35,519 nt of DNA from Bdellovibrionales bacterium (lineage in GTDB: Bacteria > Bdellovibrionota > UBA1018 > CAIPTA01). The notes beneath the pieces were generated by a model that saw only the letters and a program-made list of their open reading frames with translations, was not told the origin of the DNA and made no database searches. Of the stretch, positions 15,736 to 24,914 are shown piece by piece. Positions within the stretch are counted from its first letter, which is position 1. Each line of letters starts with the position of its first letter. The stretch spans positions 1 through 35,519 of the forward strand of contig JAKFYM010000012.1 in NCBI GenBank assembly GCA_021730855.1, in the 5' to 3' direction. The translations under genes were made by a program, and so were the position numbers.

Positions 15736-16488
15736 GTGTTAGATCTTCTTAGAATGAAAAAGCTACCTCTTTGGAAAAGACCTCTTTTTGCCCAGCGCGT
15801 GCTAGAAATCGGCGGCGGCCATGATCCCTACTATGGCGTGACGCATGCGGTGGATAAATTTCCGGAAAACAATGCGCAAAGAGGCGGAAATTTCGTCCTT
15901 CCCTCGGGAGCCAAATTCTACGAGGGCGATTTGGAAGCCCTGCCTTTTGGGGAAAATGAATCTTTTGATTTCATTTATGCCAGCCACGTATTCGAACATG
16001 TGACAAACCCACAAAAAGCAGCTGCCGAACTCAACCGCGTGGGGAATAAAGGATACATCGAGACCCCGAGCCCTTTGCGCGAGCAACTTGCCTGCCCCCT
16101 CCCCTACGATAAAAATGATTTTCACACCCTTTTCTGCTGGAGCAAGAACGGGGAATTTCATTGCGTACAAAAAACGGAAAGTACCGTGGCCCAGTTTCCC
16201 GACACCCGGACCGGCCGCATTGCCAAAAAACTTTTTCATATACATCGCGATGGCGGATTGAACCTCGAGCCCCTGCTGTCGCGGCGAGCAAAAACCACCG
16301 AGCACTTTTTTTCCGGTGGCTTCCGCCTGCGTGAGCACAAAAACTTCCTCGAAGCAGCGGCGGCGGGATGCTGTGCCTATGAGGCCTCGGTCTCCGCCAT
16401 CCTGCAAGACATCACCTTTCCCTTCAGCCTCGCCTCCCCCCGCTTTCTCGAGCTGAAGGCACGCCTAGACCGAAGACTGCCCACGTGA
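15736..16488 (+). CDS. Class I SAM-dependent methyltransferase
   Basis: Motif I VLEIGGGHD and FDFIYASHVFEHV. The start is GTG 15736 or ATG 15754. Confidence 0.7.
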   Translation: MLDLLRMKKLPLWKRPLFAQRVLEIGGGHDPYYGVTHAVDKFPENNAQRGGNFVLPSGAKFYEGDLEALPFGENESFDFIYASHVFEHVTNPQKAAAELNRVGNKGYIETPSPLREQLACPLPYDKNDFHTLFCWSKNGEFHCVQKTESTVAQFPDTRTGRIAKKLFHIHRDGGLNLEPLLSRRAKTTEHFFSGGFRLREHKNFLEAAAAGCCAYEASVSAILQDITFPFSLASPRFLELKARLDRRLPT

Positions 16489-17516
16489 TCCCCCTTTTTG
16501 GCTTCACGCTCCTGCGCAATGGCATCAAGTACGACTACCCCTTTCAGGAGAGCCTGCAAAGCCTCAGCGAACTCTGCAAACTCGTGTATGTGGCTCTAGG
16601 AAAATCGGAGGATGGGACTGAGGCGGCGCTCGGCCATTTTTCTAACTTGCGCATCCTGCCCACGGTCTGGGATGAAAACTTGCGCAAATCTGGCCTCATC
16701 CTTTCGGTGCAAACCAATATCGCCCTCGAAGGCTTGCGCAAGGAGCAGCCGGAAGGCTGGGGAATTTACCTGCAGGCCGATGAAATTTTCAACCCTTCCG
16801 ATTTTCCCCAACTGCGTGCCGACATTGAAGCTGCCGATCGCTCCGGCTGTGACGGCATCTCTTTTCGATACCTGCATTTCTGGCAGCGCTATGACCACCT
16901 CGCCACCTCCCCTCGCTGGTACCCTCAGGAAATTCGCGCCATCCGCCTAGACTCTCAGGCAGTAAGTTATGGAGACGCGCAAAGCCTTGCCCCCTTACGG
17001 AAAGTTTTTTTCAGCGATGTGCCAGTCCATCACTATGGGCATGTTCGTAAACAAGATGCCTATGAACGCAAGCGCTGGGATTTTGGCCGTTGGTGGCATA
17101 ACGACGATGAACTCGCCAAGGTGCTGAAAAAAGGAGAAAAGCGGGAGCAGCAGGAAAAGACGGTGGCTTACTACGGACCACATCCACGCTATATGGAAGC
17201 CAAGATTGCGAGCCAATCCCCGCTGCCTGGCCCAAGAAAAATCACAGTTTATGGCCGCAAAGAAAACTTTACGCCAGAATTTCTAGGTCGTATTCAAGCG
17301 GATATGCACTGGACTCTAGATGCCCGCGAAATCCAGCAGCGGCATCCGGAGTCCGTGGTGCTCTTAGAGCCCCTGCCTCTCCTACGCCAGTTATTTTCCT
17401 TTGGGAAGTTTCGCTCCAACGTGCCAACGCAAATGGGCTCTGAGCTCGCCCGCCCTTGGACCAAAGAATTCATCGCGATCTTGCGTTTTTCGGAAAAAAA
17501 CATCTCGGTACGATAA
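16485..17516 (+). CDS. Hypothetical protein, possibly glycosyltransferase-like
   Basis: 343-aa ORF. GTGA overlap with the methyltransferase gene. N-terminal pattern IPLFGFTLLRNGIKYDYPF...YLQADE. The function is not established from sequence alone. Confidence 0.4.
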   Translation: MIPLFGFTLLRNGIKYDYPFQESLQSLSELCKLVYVALGKSEDGTEAALGHFSNLRILPTVWDENLRKSGLILSVQTNIALEGLRKEQPEGWGIYLQADEIFNPSDFPQLRADIEAADRSGCDGISFRYLHFWQRYDHLATSPRWYPQEIRAIRLDSQAVSYGDAQSLAPLRKVFFSDVPVHHYGHVRKQDAYERKRWDFGRWWHNDDELAKVLKKGEKREQQEKTVAYYGPHPRYMEAKIASQSPLPGPRKITVYGRKENFTPEFLGRIQADMHWTLDAREIQQRHPESVVLLEPLPLLRQLFSFGKFRSNVPTQMGSELARPWTKEFIAILRFSEKNISVR

Positions 17517-17527
17517 CTAAAAGCGGC

Positions 17528-18469
17528 TTAGTTTTGTTGGTGAGCGGTGGCGTGGTCAAGAGGGCTGCGATCGGCCTTCCAGCGACGATGAATCCACAGC
17601 CATTGTTCAGGATGGTTGCGAATGAGTTTCTCGACGGCATATTGATACTGCTGCGTGTTCAGCCACTCTTCGCGCAGCTCGCGCTCCTTGGAATTCTCGG
17701 GAAGTTCGTTGGCGGAAAGATAGGGTAGCTCCTCTAGGATGCGGACTTCGTGCGTGCCATCGGGGCGGCGATAGGTGCAAAAAGGAAATACGGGCACTCC
17801 CGTCTCTCGCACTAAATGCGCAAGGCCGCGAATCGAAGCCGCTGGCACGCCAAAAAAATCAGCGCGGATGCCCTTCGCGCCGGTGATATTCTGATCCACC
17901 ATAAAGCCAATGAATTTATTCTCTCGTAAGGCCACCTTCATCTTCTCAAGGGCCCCGCCGGAATAAATGATGTCGAGGCCCGTGCGCCTCCGCTGGCGCT
18001 CAATCAAGGCCTGCGACACCAGGCCAGACATCCGCTTGGCCACCACCGCAGCCCGGTAGCCATGCAGGGCCATGCCCATGGCCAGCAGCTCCCAATTGGC
18101 CACATGGGCGCTAATGAAAATGGCGCCCTGGCCACGAGCTTCGATCTCCGCCATGCGCTTGCGATCGATCGCGCTTAAGTACAGCTCCCGGCGCATCTGC
18201 TCGGGGCTAAGGGAAAAGTTCCGCGCAATTTCTAGAAAAAGCATGCCCACATTGGCAAAGATTTCCCGGGCTAGGCGCTCCTGCTGCTCAGGACTTAACT
18301 CCCGGCCGAGGGCTAGCTGCAGATTCGCGAGCACGATTTTTTTGCGGAAACCGCAGAAATAAAGAAGGCCTCCAAGCCCTCGCCCTAATCGGGTGGTGAC
18401 TGGAAGGCCTAAGCTTTTCAAAAAATACGAGAACAATAGGAGCGGGGCTATCGCGCAACGGGCGAACAA
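17528..18469 (-). CDS. lpxL: Lipid A biosynthesis (lauroyl/myristoyl) acyltransferase family protein
   Basis: 313 aa. N-terminal membrane anchor and an H-x4-E acyltransferase motif (SAHVANWELL). Apparent TTG start 4 nt after the infA stop; there is no ATG near the N-terminus. Confidence 0.7.
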   Translation of the reverse strand: MFARCAIAPLLLFSYFLKSLGLPVTTRLGRGLGGLLYFCGFRKKIVLANLQLALGRELSPEQQERLAREIFANVGMLFLEIARNFSLSPEQMRRELYLSAIDRKRMAEIEARGQGAIFISAHVANWELLAMGMALHGYRAAVVAKRMSGLVSQALIERQRRRTGLDIIYSGGALEKMKVALRENKFIGFMVDQNITGAKGIRADFFGVPAASIRGLAHLVRETGVPVFPFCTYRRPDGTHEVRILEELPYLSANELPENSKERELREEWLNTQQYQYAVEKLIRNHPEQWLWIHRRWKADRSPLDHATAHQQN

Positions 18470-18473
18470 AGGA

Positions 18474-18692
18474 TTATGTCCGCTGACGGTGCGTGATCAG
18501 TCCGTGGGTGGGGTCATAGGGAGAAACTCCCACTGTGACCCGATCTCCCACGAGCACTTTGATTTTGAACTTCTTCATGCGTCCGGAAATACGCGCCGAC
18601 ACGATCTGGCCATTATCCAAAAGAATCTGGAAATTGCCTCCGGTCGTGTCCACGACCTTACCTTCTGCGCTCAAAAGATCGTCTCTAGCCAT
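18474..18692 (-). CDS. infA: Translation initiation factor IF-1
   Basis: 72 aa. S1-like sequence GKVVDTTGGNFQILLDNGQIVSARISGRMKKFKIKVLVGDRVTVGVSPYD. Confidence 0.95.
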   Translation of the reverse strand: MARDDLLSAEGKVVDTTGGNFQILLDNGQIVSARISGRMKKFKIKVLVGDRVTVGVSPYDPTHGLITHRQRT

Positions 18693-19015
18693 TAATAACG
18701 GGAGCCTCGTCCGAATCCGCCGCCACCGCCGCCGCTACGACCACCGCCGCCGCCACCTTCACGAGGAGCTTGAGGACGGGCTTCGTTCACAGTGATCGGA
18801 CGTCCGTCCACCACTTGGCCGTTCATTTTTTCAATAGCGTCTGTGGCTTCTTGGTCAGAAGACATTTCCACAAAGCCAAAGCCTTTGCTACGGCCAGAAT
18901 CACGATCCGTGATCACGCGTGCAGACTCCACGGTGCCGAAAGCAGAAAACGCTTGCTCCAAAGAGCTATCGTTCATCGAAAAAGACAGGTTACCAACGTA
19001 CAACTTCTTACCCAT
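18692..19015 (-). CDS. Glycine-rich RRM-type RNA-binding protein
   Basis: RNP2 KLYVGNLSF, RNP1 KGFGFVEM, and a Gly-rich tail GGGGGGRSGGGGGGFGRG. AGGAGG lies 5 nt upstream of the ATG. Its stop overlaps the infA start by 1 nt (TAATG). Confidence 0.9.
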   Translation of the reverse strand: MGKKLYVGNLSFSMNDSSLEQAFSAFGTVESARVITDRDSGRSKGFGFVEMSSDQEATDAIEKMNGQVVDGRPITVNEARPQAPREGGGGGGRSGGGGGGFGRGSRY

Positions 19016-19020
19016 AAAAA

Positions 19021-19050
19021 CCTCCTAAGGCCGGGTGCCGCTTCGGAGGC
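19021..19050 (-). promoter_or_regulatory. Hairpin in the rbp 5' leader that can sequester the Shine-Dalgarno sequence
   Basis: On the minus-strand RNA, GCCUCC (19050-19045) can pair with the GGAGGU of the AGGAGGU SD region (19026-19020); a shorter internal helix is also possible. Regulatory function is an inference. Confidence 0.35.
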
Positions 19051-19165
19051 CTGGGGCACGATGCCCGCAATCTCGAAAGTAGCCGAAAAAGAATATCCAT
19101 GAACTACCACGCACTTCCAGAGATAGCGAATATTTCGTGGCAGGCTGCCGCAATTCGGCGCCGCG

Positions 19166-19663
19166 CTAGGGGAGGGTATCCTCCTCTGCGCCCCCAAAAA
19201 GATAGTCCAAGAGAGCCCTCCGCTCCTCATGGCTGAGCCTCCGCGTGGGGGGCATTTGCTCCTCAAGAACCGCCATATCACTGGTGCGGTAATGGATTTC
19301 TTCCGCAAGGTTGCGGCCCGAGCGGGTGGGCCGCTCAAGGGCTGCCCGGAGCTTGGTCAGATCGTGAAAAGGAACTGGGGGGGCCACCCCCGTATTGTGG
19401 CAGGCAATGCAGCGGCTGACGATCATCGGCCCCGTGACGGTTGCGGCCGCGGCCCGCGCCGCCACTCTAGCCAGCACCTCCGGCGATTGAAAATAGGGCA
19501 AGGCCTTCGCGATGCCCGTGGCTAGTAGGTCTTCACACTTTTCGTCCTTAAAAAGAGCCGCATCAGCTAAGCGATTCCAGGCATAAACAAAATGCCCACG
19601 CACATTGCTAGGAGTGCCGAAACGTTCGCCAAAGGCCAAACGCCCTCGAGTGCCAAAATCCAT
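19166..19663 (-). CDS. c-type cytochrome domain protein (CxxCH) with no obvious signal peptide
   Basis: 165 aa with the haem-binding motif CIACHN. There is no SD before ATG 19663 and stop codons lie directly upstream, so the gene may be N-terminally truncated. Confidence 0.5.
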   Translation of the reverse strand: MDFGTRGRLAFGERFGTPSNVRGHFVYAWNRLADAALFKDEKCEDLLATGIAKALPYFQSPEVLARVAARAAAATVTGPMIVSRCIACHNTGVAPPVPFHDLTKLRAALERPTRSGRNLAEEIHYRTSDMAVLEEQMPPTRRLSHEERRALLDYLFGGAEEDTLP

Positions 19664-19739
19664 CGACCAGTCGGAGGTTTTTTTCTATTATCGACGAGCT
19701 GGCAGCGGAGCCTAAGTCAGCTTCGCTGCCCAAGAGCCT

Positions 19740-20063
19740 TTAGTTCGTGCCCTCACAGACGAAGATGAAATCAGATTCCAAATGCAAAGTGGCATTGCGG
19801 CTCACCTGCGGATCGAAGGTCACGCGCCAGGGATCTGTGGGATCATTGCTCTGGAACACATAGGGGCGGTCATCGGCAAGCAGAGCCCCGTCAACCCAAA
19901 TGTCGTTGTCAAAAAAAGAAGCCTTTTGGGCGACAAAATCAATTTTCAAGGCCCAATCGTCCCACTCCTTGTGGTGGCAATTGTACTTCAGGGGCAGAGG
20001 CGTGACCGCGTGGGCCGCTTGAAACAAAGATAAGAACGAGACAATAAAAAATACTTTTTTCAT
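19740..20063 (-). CDS. Small secreted hypothetical protein
   Basis: I prefer the ATG at 20063 (MKKVFFIVSFLSLFQAAHA), with AAGGAGAG upstream. The tracked ORF extends to 20126. Confidence 0.6.
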   Translation of the reverse strand: MKKVFFIVSFLSLFQAAHAVTPLPLKYNCHHKEWDDWALKIDFVAQKASFFDNDIWVDGALLADDRPYVFQSNDPTDPWRVTFDPQVSRNATLHLESDFIFVCEGTN

Positions 20064-20139
20064 AAAACTCTCCTTGGGGAAAAGATCTGTGCGGTCATGG
20101 CTATGAGCGTGGGCCTCCAAAGTCAAGATGCCGACTCAT

Positions 20140-20319
20140 TAGAAGTGGTCTCATCAATCGGACGTGGCGAAGCTGAGATGAAAACCGCGAATCCGAGGCG
20201 GAGGGCCCAAAAGGCGCGGAGGTGTAGCAGAGCTACATCGAGCACCTTTTGGGTCCGACAACGAAGGAGTCGCGGTTTTCATCCAGCTGCAGTAGGCCCT
20301 ATTTATGAGACCACTTCTA
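20140..20319. repeat. 180-bp imperfect palindrome (long hairpin element) in a divergent intergenic region
   Basis: - Perfect 15-bp arms TAGAAGTGGTCTCAT (20140-20154 / 20305-20319).
- Perfect 14-bp arms GATGAAAACCGCGA (20177-20190 / 20270-20283), extended by AGCTG/CAGCT.
- 13/15 arms at 20203-20217 / 20242-20256.
- Apex TGTAGC-AGA-GCTACA (20223-20237).
- All parts share a centre near 20230. Confidence 0.9.
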
Positions 20320-20447
20320 GGCACGAAGGACTGCGTCCCTCGCGGGGTTGCGAAATGACAGGAATTTATAACCGTCCCACTATTCTCTTTCTTGCACGTT
20401 CCGGAAAGCATAAAGACCAATGCGGCATTTCTGCCGGGAGGCCCTCT

Positions 20448-21170
20448 ATGATTCTCTTGATGTTCTTTTTCCTATCTTATTCCGCGTACGCTCTCGGTCC
20501 CGAACCGCACCAACCCTTTGAGCCTGCTTATGCGGCCGACCAAGAGCAGCTCACGATCGATTCGATGGAGGAAGAGACAAATCAGTTTCGACGTTTCGGC
20601 GAGTGGAATGCCCAGCTCGAACAACTCAAGGCCAAAAAACAAAGCCGTGATGATCTACGTACAGAATATGAGCGTGTGAAGCAGTTGTTTGAACGGGGGA
20701 ACGTGAGCCCAGACATTTTTCGCGAAAAAGAATTTACCTACCTGCAGGCCGAGAACTCCCTGGCTCAGCAGGAGAGCCAAACAGAGAGAGCGCGGGAAAT
20801 CGCGGCCATCGCCCGCCTTCGCCTGCTGCAAAAAGGAAATCCGGCCCGGGACTATCGCCAAGAAATCGCGCAACTGCTGCAGACAGCGACCCAAACCGAG
20901 AAAAGAGCCCTAGAAACTTCCTTGATGGGAGCAAGGGCCACCTTGGCCTATTTCCAAAATCGTATTGCTAGCGGCCGAGTCCTTTTGGAGAAGGACCTCA
21001 TTTCCAAAGTAGAAATGGAAAAAAGGGAAAGCCGGAAAGTGTGGGCGCTCAGCCAAATCCAGTTGATCCAGAACCAAATCAAGGCCGCAGACGATGCGCT
21101 AGACGGCCTACGCCGCAGCCAAGAGAAGCTAGAAAAGACAAAAGGCCAAACGCCCCCGGCCGGCTCCTAG
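20448..21170 (+). CDS. Secreted coiled-coil protein (resembles the alpha-hairpin of HlyD-type adaptors)
   Basis: I prefer the ATG at 20448 (MILLMFFFLSYSAYA), with GGGAGG 7 nt upstream. The remainder is heptad-rich. The tracked start at 20097 would translate through the palindrome. Confidence 0.6.
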   Translation: MILLMFFFLSYSAYALGPEPHQPFEPAYAADQEQLTIDSMEEETNQFRRFGEWNAQLEQLKAKKQSRDDLRTEYERVKQLFERGNVSPDIFREKEFTYLQAENSLAQQESQTERAREIAAIARLRLLQKGNPARDYRQEIAQLLQTATQTEKRALETSLMGARATLAYFQNRIASGRVLLEKDLISKVEMEKRESRKVWALSQIQLIQNQIKAADDALDGLRRSQEKLEKTKGQTPPAGS

Positions 21171-21387
21171 AAGTGATTTTTCGCCTATAGAGACGCATTC
21201 CCTGACTTGCCCAACCCCTATTCTTGCCCTTTAGGCGAAGGTTTCCTGCCCAAATCCTTGCGGCGCACAAAAAAATGCCTTTTAAGGGCGTCAAAGTGAT
21301 CAAAATCTGTCATATAGGGGGTAGGAAACGGGCTTCGCTTTGGCTCTGGCGCGCCATTTTTCAATAGTAGGAGCAAGGAACAGCATA

Positions 21388-23034
21388 ATGACCAAAGCCC
21401 CCCCCAATTCTTCCACTCTCTCTACTCCTAAAGAAGAGAAGAAAGAAAACGCTCAGCAGACGCAGCGAAACCTCGCCGACAGCGAGGAGCGCTTCCAACT
21501 CCTCGTGGAGAGTGTCTCCGACTACGCCATCTTTCTTCTCGATCCCAATGGCTATGTGCAAAGCTGGAACGCGGGGGCCCAGCGCTTTAAAGGCTATAAG
21601 GCCGAAGAAGCGATTGGGAAACATTTCTCTATTTTTTACACTCAGAAAGACATCGATCGCCAGCATCCGCAGAACGAACTAACTATTGCCCTCAAAGAAG
21701 GCCGTTTTGAAGAAGAAGGCTGGCGCGTTCGACAAGACGGCAGCCAATTCTGGGCAAATGTGGTGATCACCAAGCTCGTGAACAGCGGAGGACAACTCGT
21801 AGGTTTTGCCAAAGTCACCCGCGATCTCACCCAAAAAATGCTGGCTGAAGAACAATTAAAATTTAGCGAAGAACGCTACCGGCTTCTAGTCTCCGCCGTC
21901 AAAGACTACGCCATTTTCATGATTGATCCTGAAGGGTACGTGGCCACCTGGAATGAGGGCGCGCAACGACTGAAAGGATACCTGCCCGAAGAGATCATTG
22001 GGCAACACTTTTCCAAATTTTATCCTACCGCGGAAATCCGCTCGAAAAAGCCAGAGTGGGAATTGGAAGAAGCCACCATGACCGGAAGATTCGAAGACGA
22101 GGGCTGGCGGGTGCGCAAGGACGGCACGCATTTCTGGGCAAATGTGACTCTCACCGCAATCAAAAACAAAGATGGAAAAATGCTAGGTTTCTCCAAGGTG
22201 ACTCGGGACATGACCGAAAGGCGACGCCTGGAAGAAAGATTACGGCGCTCCAATGAAGACCTAGACGAGAGAGTGCGCGAGAGAACCGCACAGCTTGAGC
22301 ACGCAATCCGGGCCCGCGACGAGTTTTTGAGCATTGCCAGCCATGAGCTAAGGACACCAATGACCTCGCTCAAGCTACAAGTGCAGATGGCACAACGGCA
22401 AATAGAGAAAAATGATCCCCAGGCGTTTCATGAAAAGACCAAAAAATTTATTCTCGGTGCGGGACGCCAGCTAGATCGCATCGTGGGATTGATCGACAAT
22501 ATGCTCGACGTCTCCAAAATTTCTATGGATCGCCTGAATGTGGATAAGCGACCGATCGACCTGTGTGAAGTGATTCAGGAGGCCACCGGCCACTTTGAGG
22601 AGCAATTCCTCTCCGCGGGCTGTGTCATGACGCTCAAATGCGAGGGCCCGATTCCCGTCTATGGCGATAGCAGCCGCCTGGACCAGGTTTTTTCCAACCT
22701 GCTCATGAATGCGCTGAAATATGGAGGGGGCAGGCCCGTAGCAATAATCACTCATGTGGGTCCGAGCAAGGTGCTCATCGAGTTTCATGACCAAGGAATG
22801 GGGATTGCAAAGGACGATCAAGCCAGGATCTTTGATCGTTTTGAAAGGGCCGTTTCCGCCAACACCGTGAGCGGAATGGGCCTTGGCCTCTTTATTAGCC
22901 GCAAAATCGTGGAAGCACACCAGGGAGAGATTTTGCTCCAGAGCGAGCCGGGCAAGGGATCTGTTTTCACCGTCACCTTGCCACTTTCTACTGGCACCCA
23001 GCAGGCCGCTGGGAACGATAGGAAAGCTCCATGA
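21388..23034 (+). CDS. Cytoplasmic PAS-PAS sensor histidine kinase
   Basis: Two paralogous PAS modules (ERFQLLVESVSDYAIFLLDPNGYV... and ERYRLLVSAVKDYAIFMIDPEGYV...). H-box SIASHELRTPMTSL, NLLMNALKYGG, GMGLGLFISRKIVEAH. ATG 21388 has AGGAG/AAGGAA upstream. Confidence 0.9.
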   Translation: MTKAPPNSSTLSTPKEEKKENAQQTQRNLADSEERFQLLVESVSDYAIFLLDPNGYVQSWNAGAQRFKGYKAEEAIGKHFSIFYTQKDIDRQHPQNELTIALKEGRFEEEGWRVRQDGSQFWANVVITKLVNSGGQLVGFAKVTRDLTQKMLAEEQLKFSEERYRLLVSAVKDYAIFMIDPEGYVATWNEGAQRLKGYLPEEIIGQHFSKFYPTAEIRSKKPEWELEEATMTGRFEDEGWRVRKDGTHFWANVTLTAIKNKDGKMLGFSKVTRDMTERRRLEERLRRSNEDLDERVRERTAQLEHAIRARDEFLSIASHELRTPMTSLKLQVQMAQRQIEKNDPQAFHEKTKKFILGAGRQLDRIVGLIDNMLDVSKISMDRLNVDKRPIDLCEVIQEATGHFEEQFLSAGCVMTLKCEGPIPVYGDSSRLDQVFSNLLMNALKYGGGRPVAIITHVGPSKVLIEFHDQGMGIAKDDQARIFDRFERAVSANTVSGMGLGLFISRKIVEAHQGEILLQSEPGKGSVFTVTLPLSTGTQQAAGNDRKAP

Positions 23035-24134
23035 CTTCCTTCAACGACTTTGATTTGCTCGAAACCCTCCGGGAAACGCTTGCCGAGAAGGGCTTTCATA
23101 CGCCCACGGAGATCCAAGCCCGCACCATGCCTGCGCTGCTCGATGGACGCTCCCTCGCCGGCGTGGCCGAAACCGGCAGCGGCAAAACCCTAGCCTATGC
23201 CCTACCCATCCTCCACTTGGTGAAAAGCCTCGAAATTGCCAAAGATCCCATCACCGAAAACGGCCAACCCCGGGCGGTGGTGATCGTGCCCACGCGTGAG
23301 CTAGGTGAACAGGTAGCAAAAGTGTTTAAGCCCTTCACTCATACCACCCGCGTGCGCGTGCGGGCGCTCCTCGGCGGCACCACCAGTGAGGTAGCTAAGC
23401 GGAGCATCGCCGGCGCCTTTGAAGTGCTGGTGGCCACGCCTGGGCGTCTGGTTCAATACATGGATCGCGGCCACCTGAGCCTCGAGGACGTGCGTTTTCT
23501 AGTGTTCGACGAGGCCGACCAGATGCTCGATCAGGGATTTCTCCCCAATGCCCAGCAGATCTGCGCGGCCTGCCCGGAAGATCGGCAGACGGCCCTCTTC
23601 TCCGCCACGGTATCGCCAGCGGTGCAGGAGCTGATCAACCAACTCTTTTCCGATGCCAAGGTGATCCGCACCGAAGGCAGCCACCGGCTTGTGTCTACAC
23701 TTACCACCCAGAATCGCAAAGTGCTCGATGGCAAGCGCTTCCCCCTGCTGGAAAAAGTGGTGGCCGAGCGCGTGAGCGGCGGAACGATCCTCTTTGTCAA
23801 CACCCGCGAGCAATGCGATAAGGTGGCGGAGGAGTTGAAAAAGTTGGGGCTCGCCTGCGTGGTCTATCGCGGCGAGATGGAAAAAGTGGAGAGACGAAAA
23901 AATCTGAAAAACTTTCGGGATGGACAGGTGGAGTACCTCGTTTCCACCGACCTTGCCTCCCGTGGCCTCGACGTGGAGCATGTGGGCCGGGTGATCAACT
24001 ACCACCTGCCGCAGCAGATGGAGAACTATCTCCATCGCGTGGGCCGAACCGCTCGCGCCGGGCGCCCAGGGCTAGTGATCAATTTTGTGACCGAGCGAGA
24101 CGCGCCCTTGATGGAAAAGATCGCGGAGCTCTAG
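23031..24134 (+). CDS. DEAD-box ATP-dependent RNA helicase
   Basis: Motifs AETGSGKT, PTRELGEQ, VFDEADQML, SAT and HRVGRTARAG. ATGA overlap with the kinase gene. Confidence 0.92.
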   Translation: MTSFNDFDLLETLRETLAEKGFHTPTEIQARTMPALLDGRSLAGVAETGSGKTLAYALPILHLVKSLEIAKDPITENGQPRAVVIVPTRELGEQVAKVFKPFTHTTRVRVRALLGGTTSEVAKRSIAGAFEVLVATPGRLVQYMDRGHLSLEDVRFLVFDEADQMLDQGFLPNAQQICAACPEDRQTALFSATVSPAVQELINQLFSDAKVIRTEGSHRLVSTLTTQNRKVLDGKRFPLLEKVVAERVSGGTILFVNTREQCDKVAEELKKLGLACVVYRGEMEKVERRKNLKNFRDGQVEYLVSTDLASRGLDVEHVGRVINYHLPQQMENYLHRVGRTARAGRPGLVINFVTERDAPLMEKIAEL

Positions 24135-24340
24135 GAGTTTGAGGCCGCCATGTCCTAGACCGATGGCCTTTCAACAAATTACTTATCGATACTACCCCGC
24201 CGGTTAGGCTTTGTCTCCCCGCCCGCACGTTGGCCTACTGAGGAGACGACGAGACGCGAAAAATCAAAACCTTGCTCTCAAGAGGATTGTGTTGATAAAT
24301 GTTTGTTTTCCATAAAAACAATAACCGCAGGAGAAACAAT

Positions 24341-24844
24341 ATGAAGGTCTCGTTTTTGATTCTTTGCCTATCTCTATTCGCCGCCACCGCCAAGGCAGAG
24401 GTCGGGGAAACACGATTTGGCGTTAGTGCCCCACTCATGCTCTTGGATGGCAACGCATTTTGGGGAGGCAACTTGATCGCCCTATACCAACTAGACAACA
24501 ACTGGGAAGTGGGCGGAGAAACTGGATTCCACACTCGGTCCACGTCAATTAGCAGCGCTTCTGGATCTACATGGGTAATCCCCATCATGCCCACGGTTCT
24601 CTATAATTTCGACATGAACACACCTAAGTTCACGCCCTTTGTGGGACTTGGCCTGGGCGTAGGAATCAGCCGCTCCAGCCTCAGCTTCCTAGGATTTGAT
24701 GTCTCAAACACAGACGTGAATTTCGAGGGCCTAGTGCATTTAGGAGCAAAATTTGGCGCCTCTAAGAACCTTTTCACCGATATGAAGTTGGGATTGCTGG
24801 ACGATACCTTTATCTTCCTTCCCTCGATTGGCTGGTTTTTTTAA
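24341..24844 (+). CDS. Small outer-membrane beta-barrel protein
   Basis: Signal peptide MKVSFLILCLSLFAATAKA, C-terminal ...IGWFF, AGGAGA 7 nt upstream of ATG 24341. Confidence 0.7.
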   Translation: MKVSFLILCLSLFAATAKAEVGETRFGVSAPLMLLDGNAFWGGNLIALYQLDNNWEVGGETGFHTRSTSISSASGSTWVIPIMPTVLYNFDMNTPKFTPFVGLGLGVGISRSSLSFLGFDVSNTDVNFEGLVHLGAKFGASKNLFTDMKLGLLDDTFIFLPSIGWFF

Positions 24845-24883
24845 GCAGCCTAAATTTCTCTTTAAGAGAAATGCTTAACTCTT

Positions 24884-24914
24884 GGGGACTCACGCGCAAG
24901 CGTGGTCCCCTTTT
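24884..24914 (+). terminator. Rho-independent terminator
   Basis: GGGGAC-T-CACGC-GCAA-GCGTG-GTCCCC followed by TTTT. Confidence 0.75.

Noticed and set aside
20140-20319. The palindrome as 6S RNA or as a retron msr/msd
   Set aside because: - 6S RNA needs a large asymmetric central bubble and typically shows G-U-rich, covarying stems. Here the two arms are near-exact DNA complements.
- No reverse transcriptase gene is nearby, so a retron is not supported.
20097-20447. Long N-terminal extension of the coiled-coil protein (tracked 357-aa ORF) and the 88-aa antisense ORF at 20154-20420
   Set aside because: Both read through the 180-bp palindrome, so their openness follows from the symmetry. ATG 20448 has a GGGAGG SD and a signal peptide.
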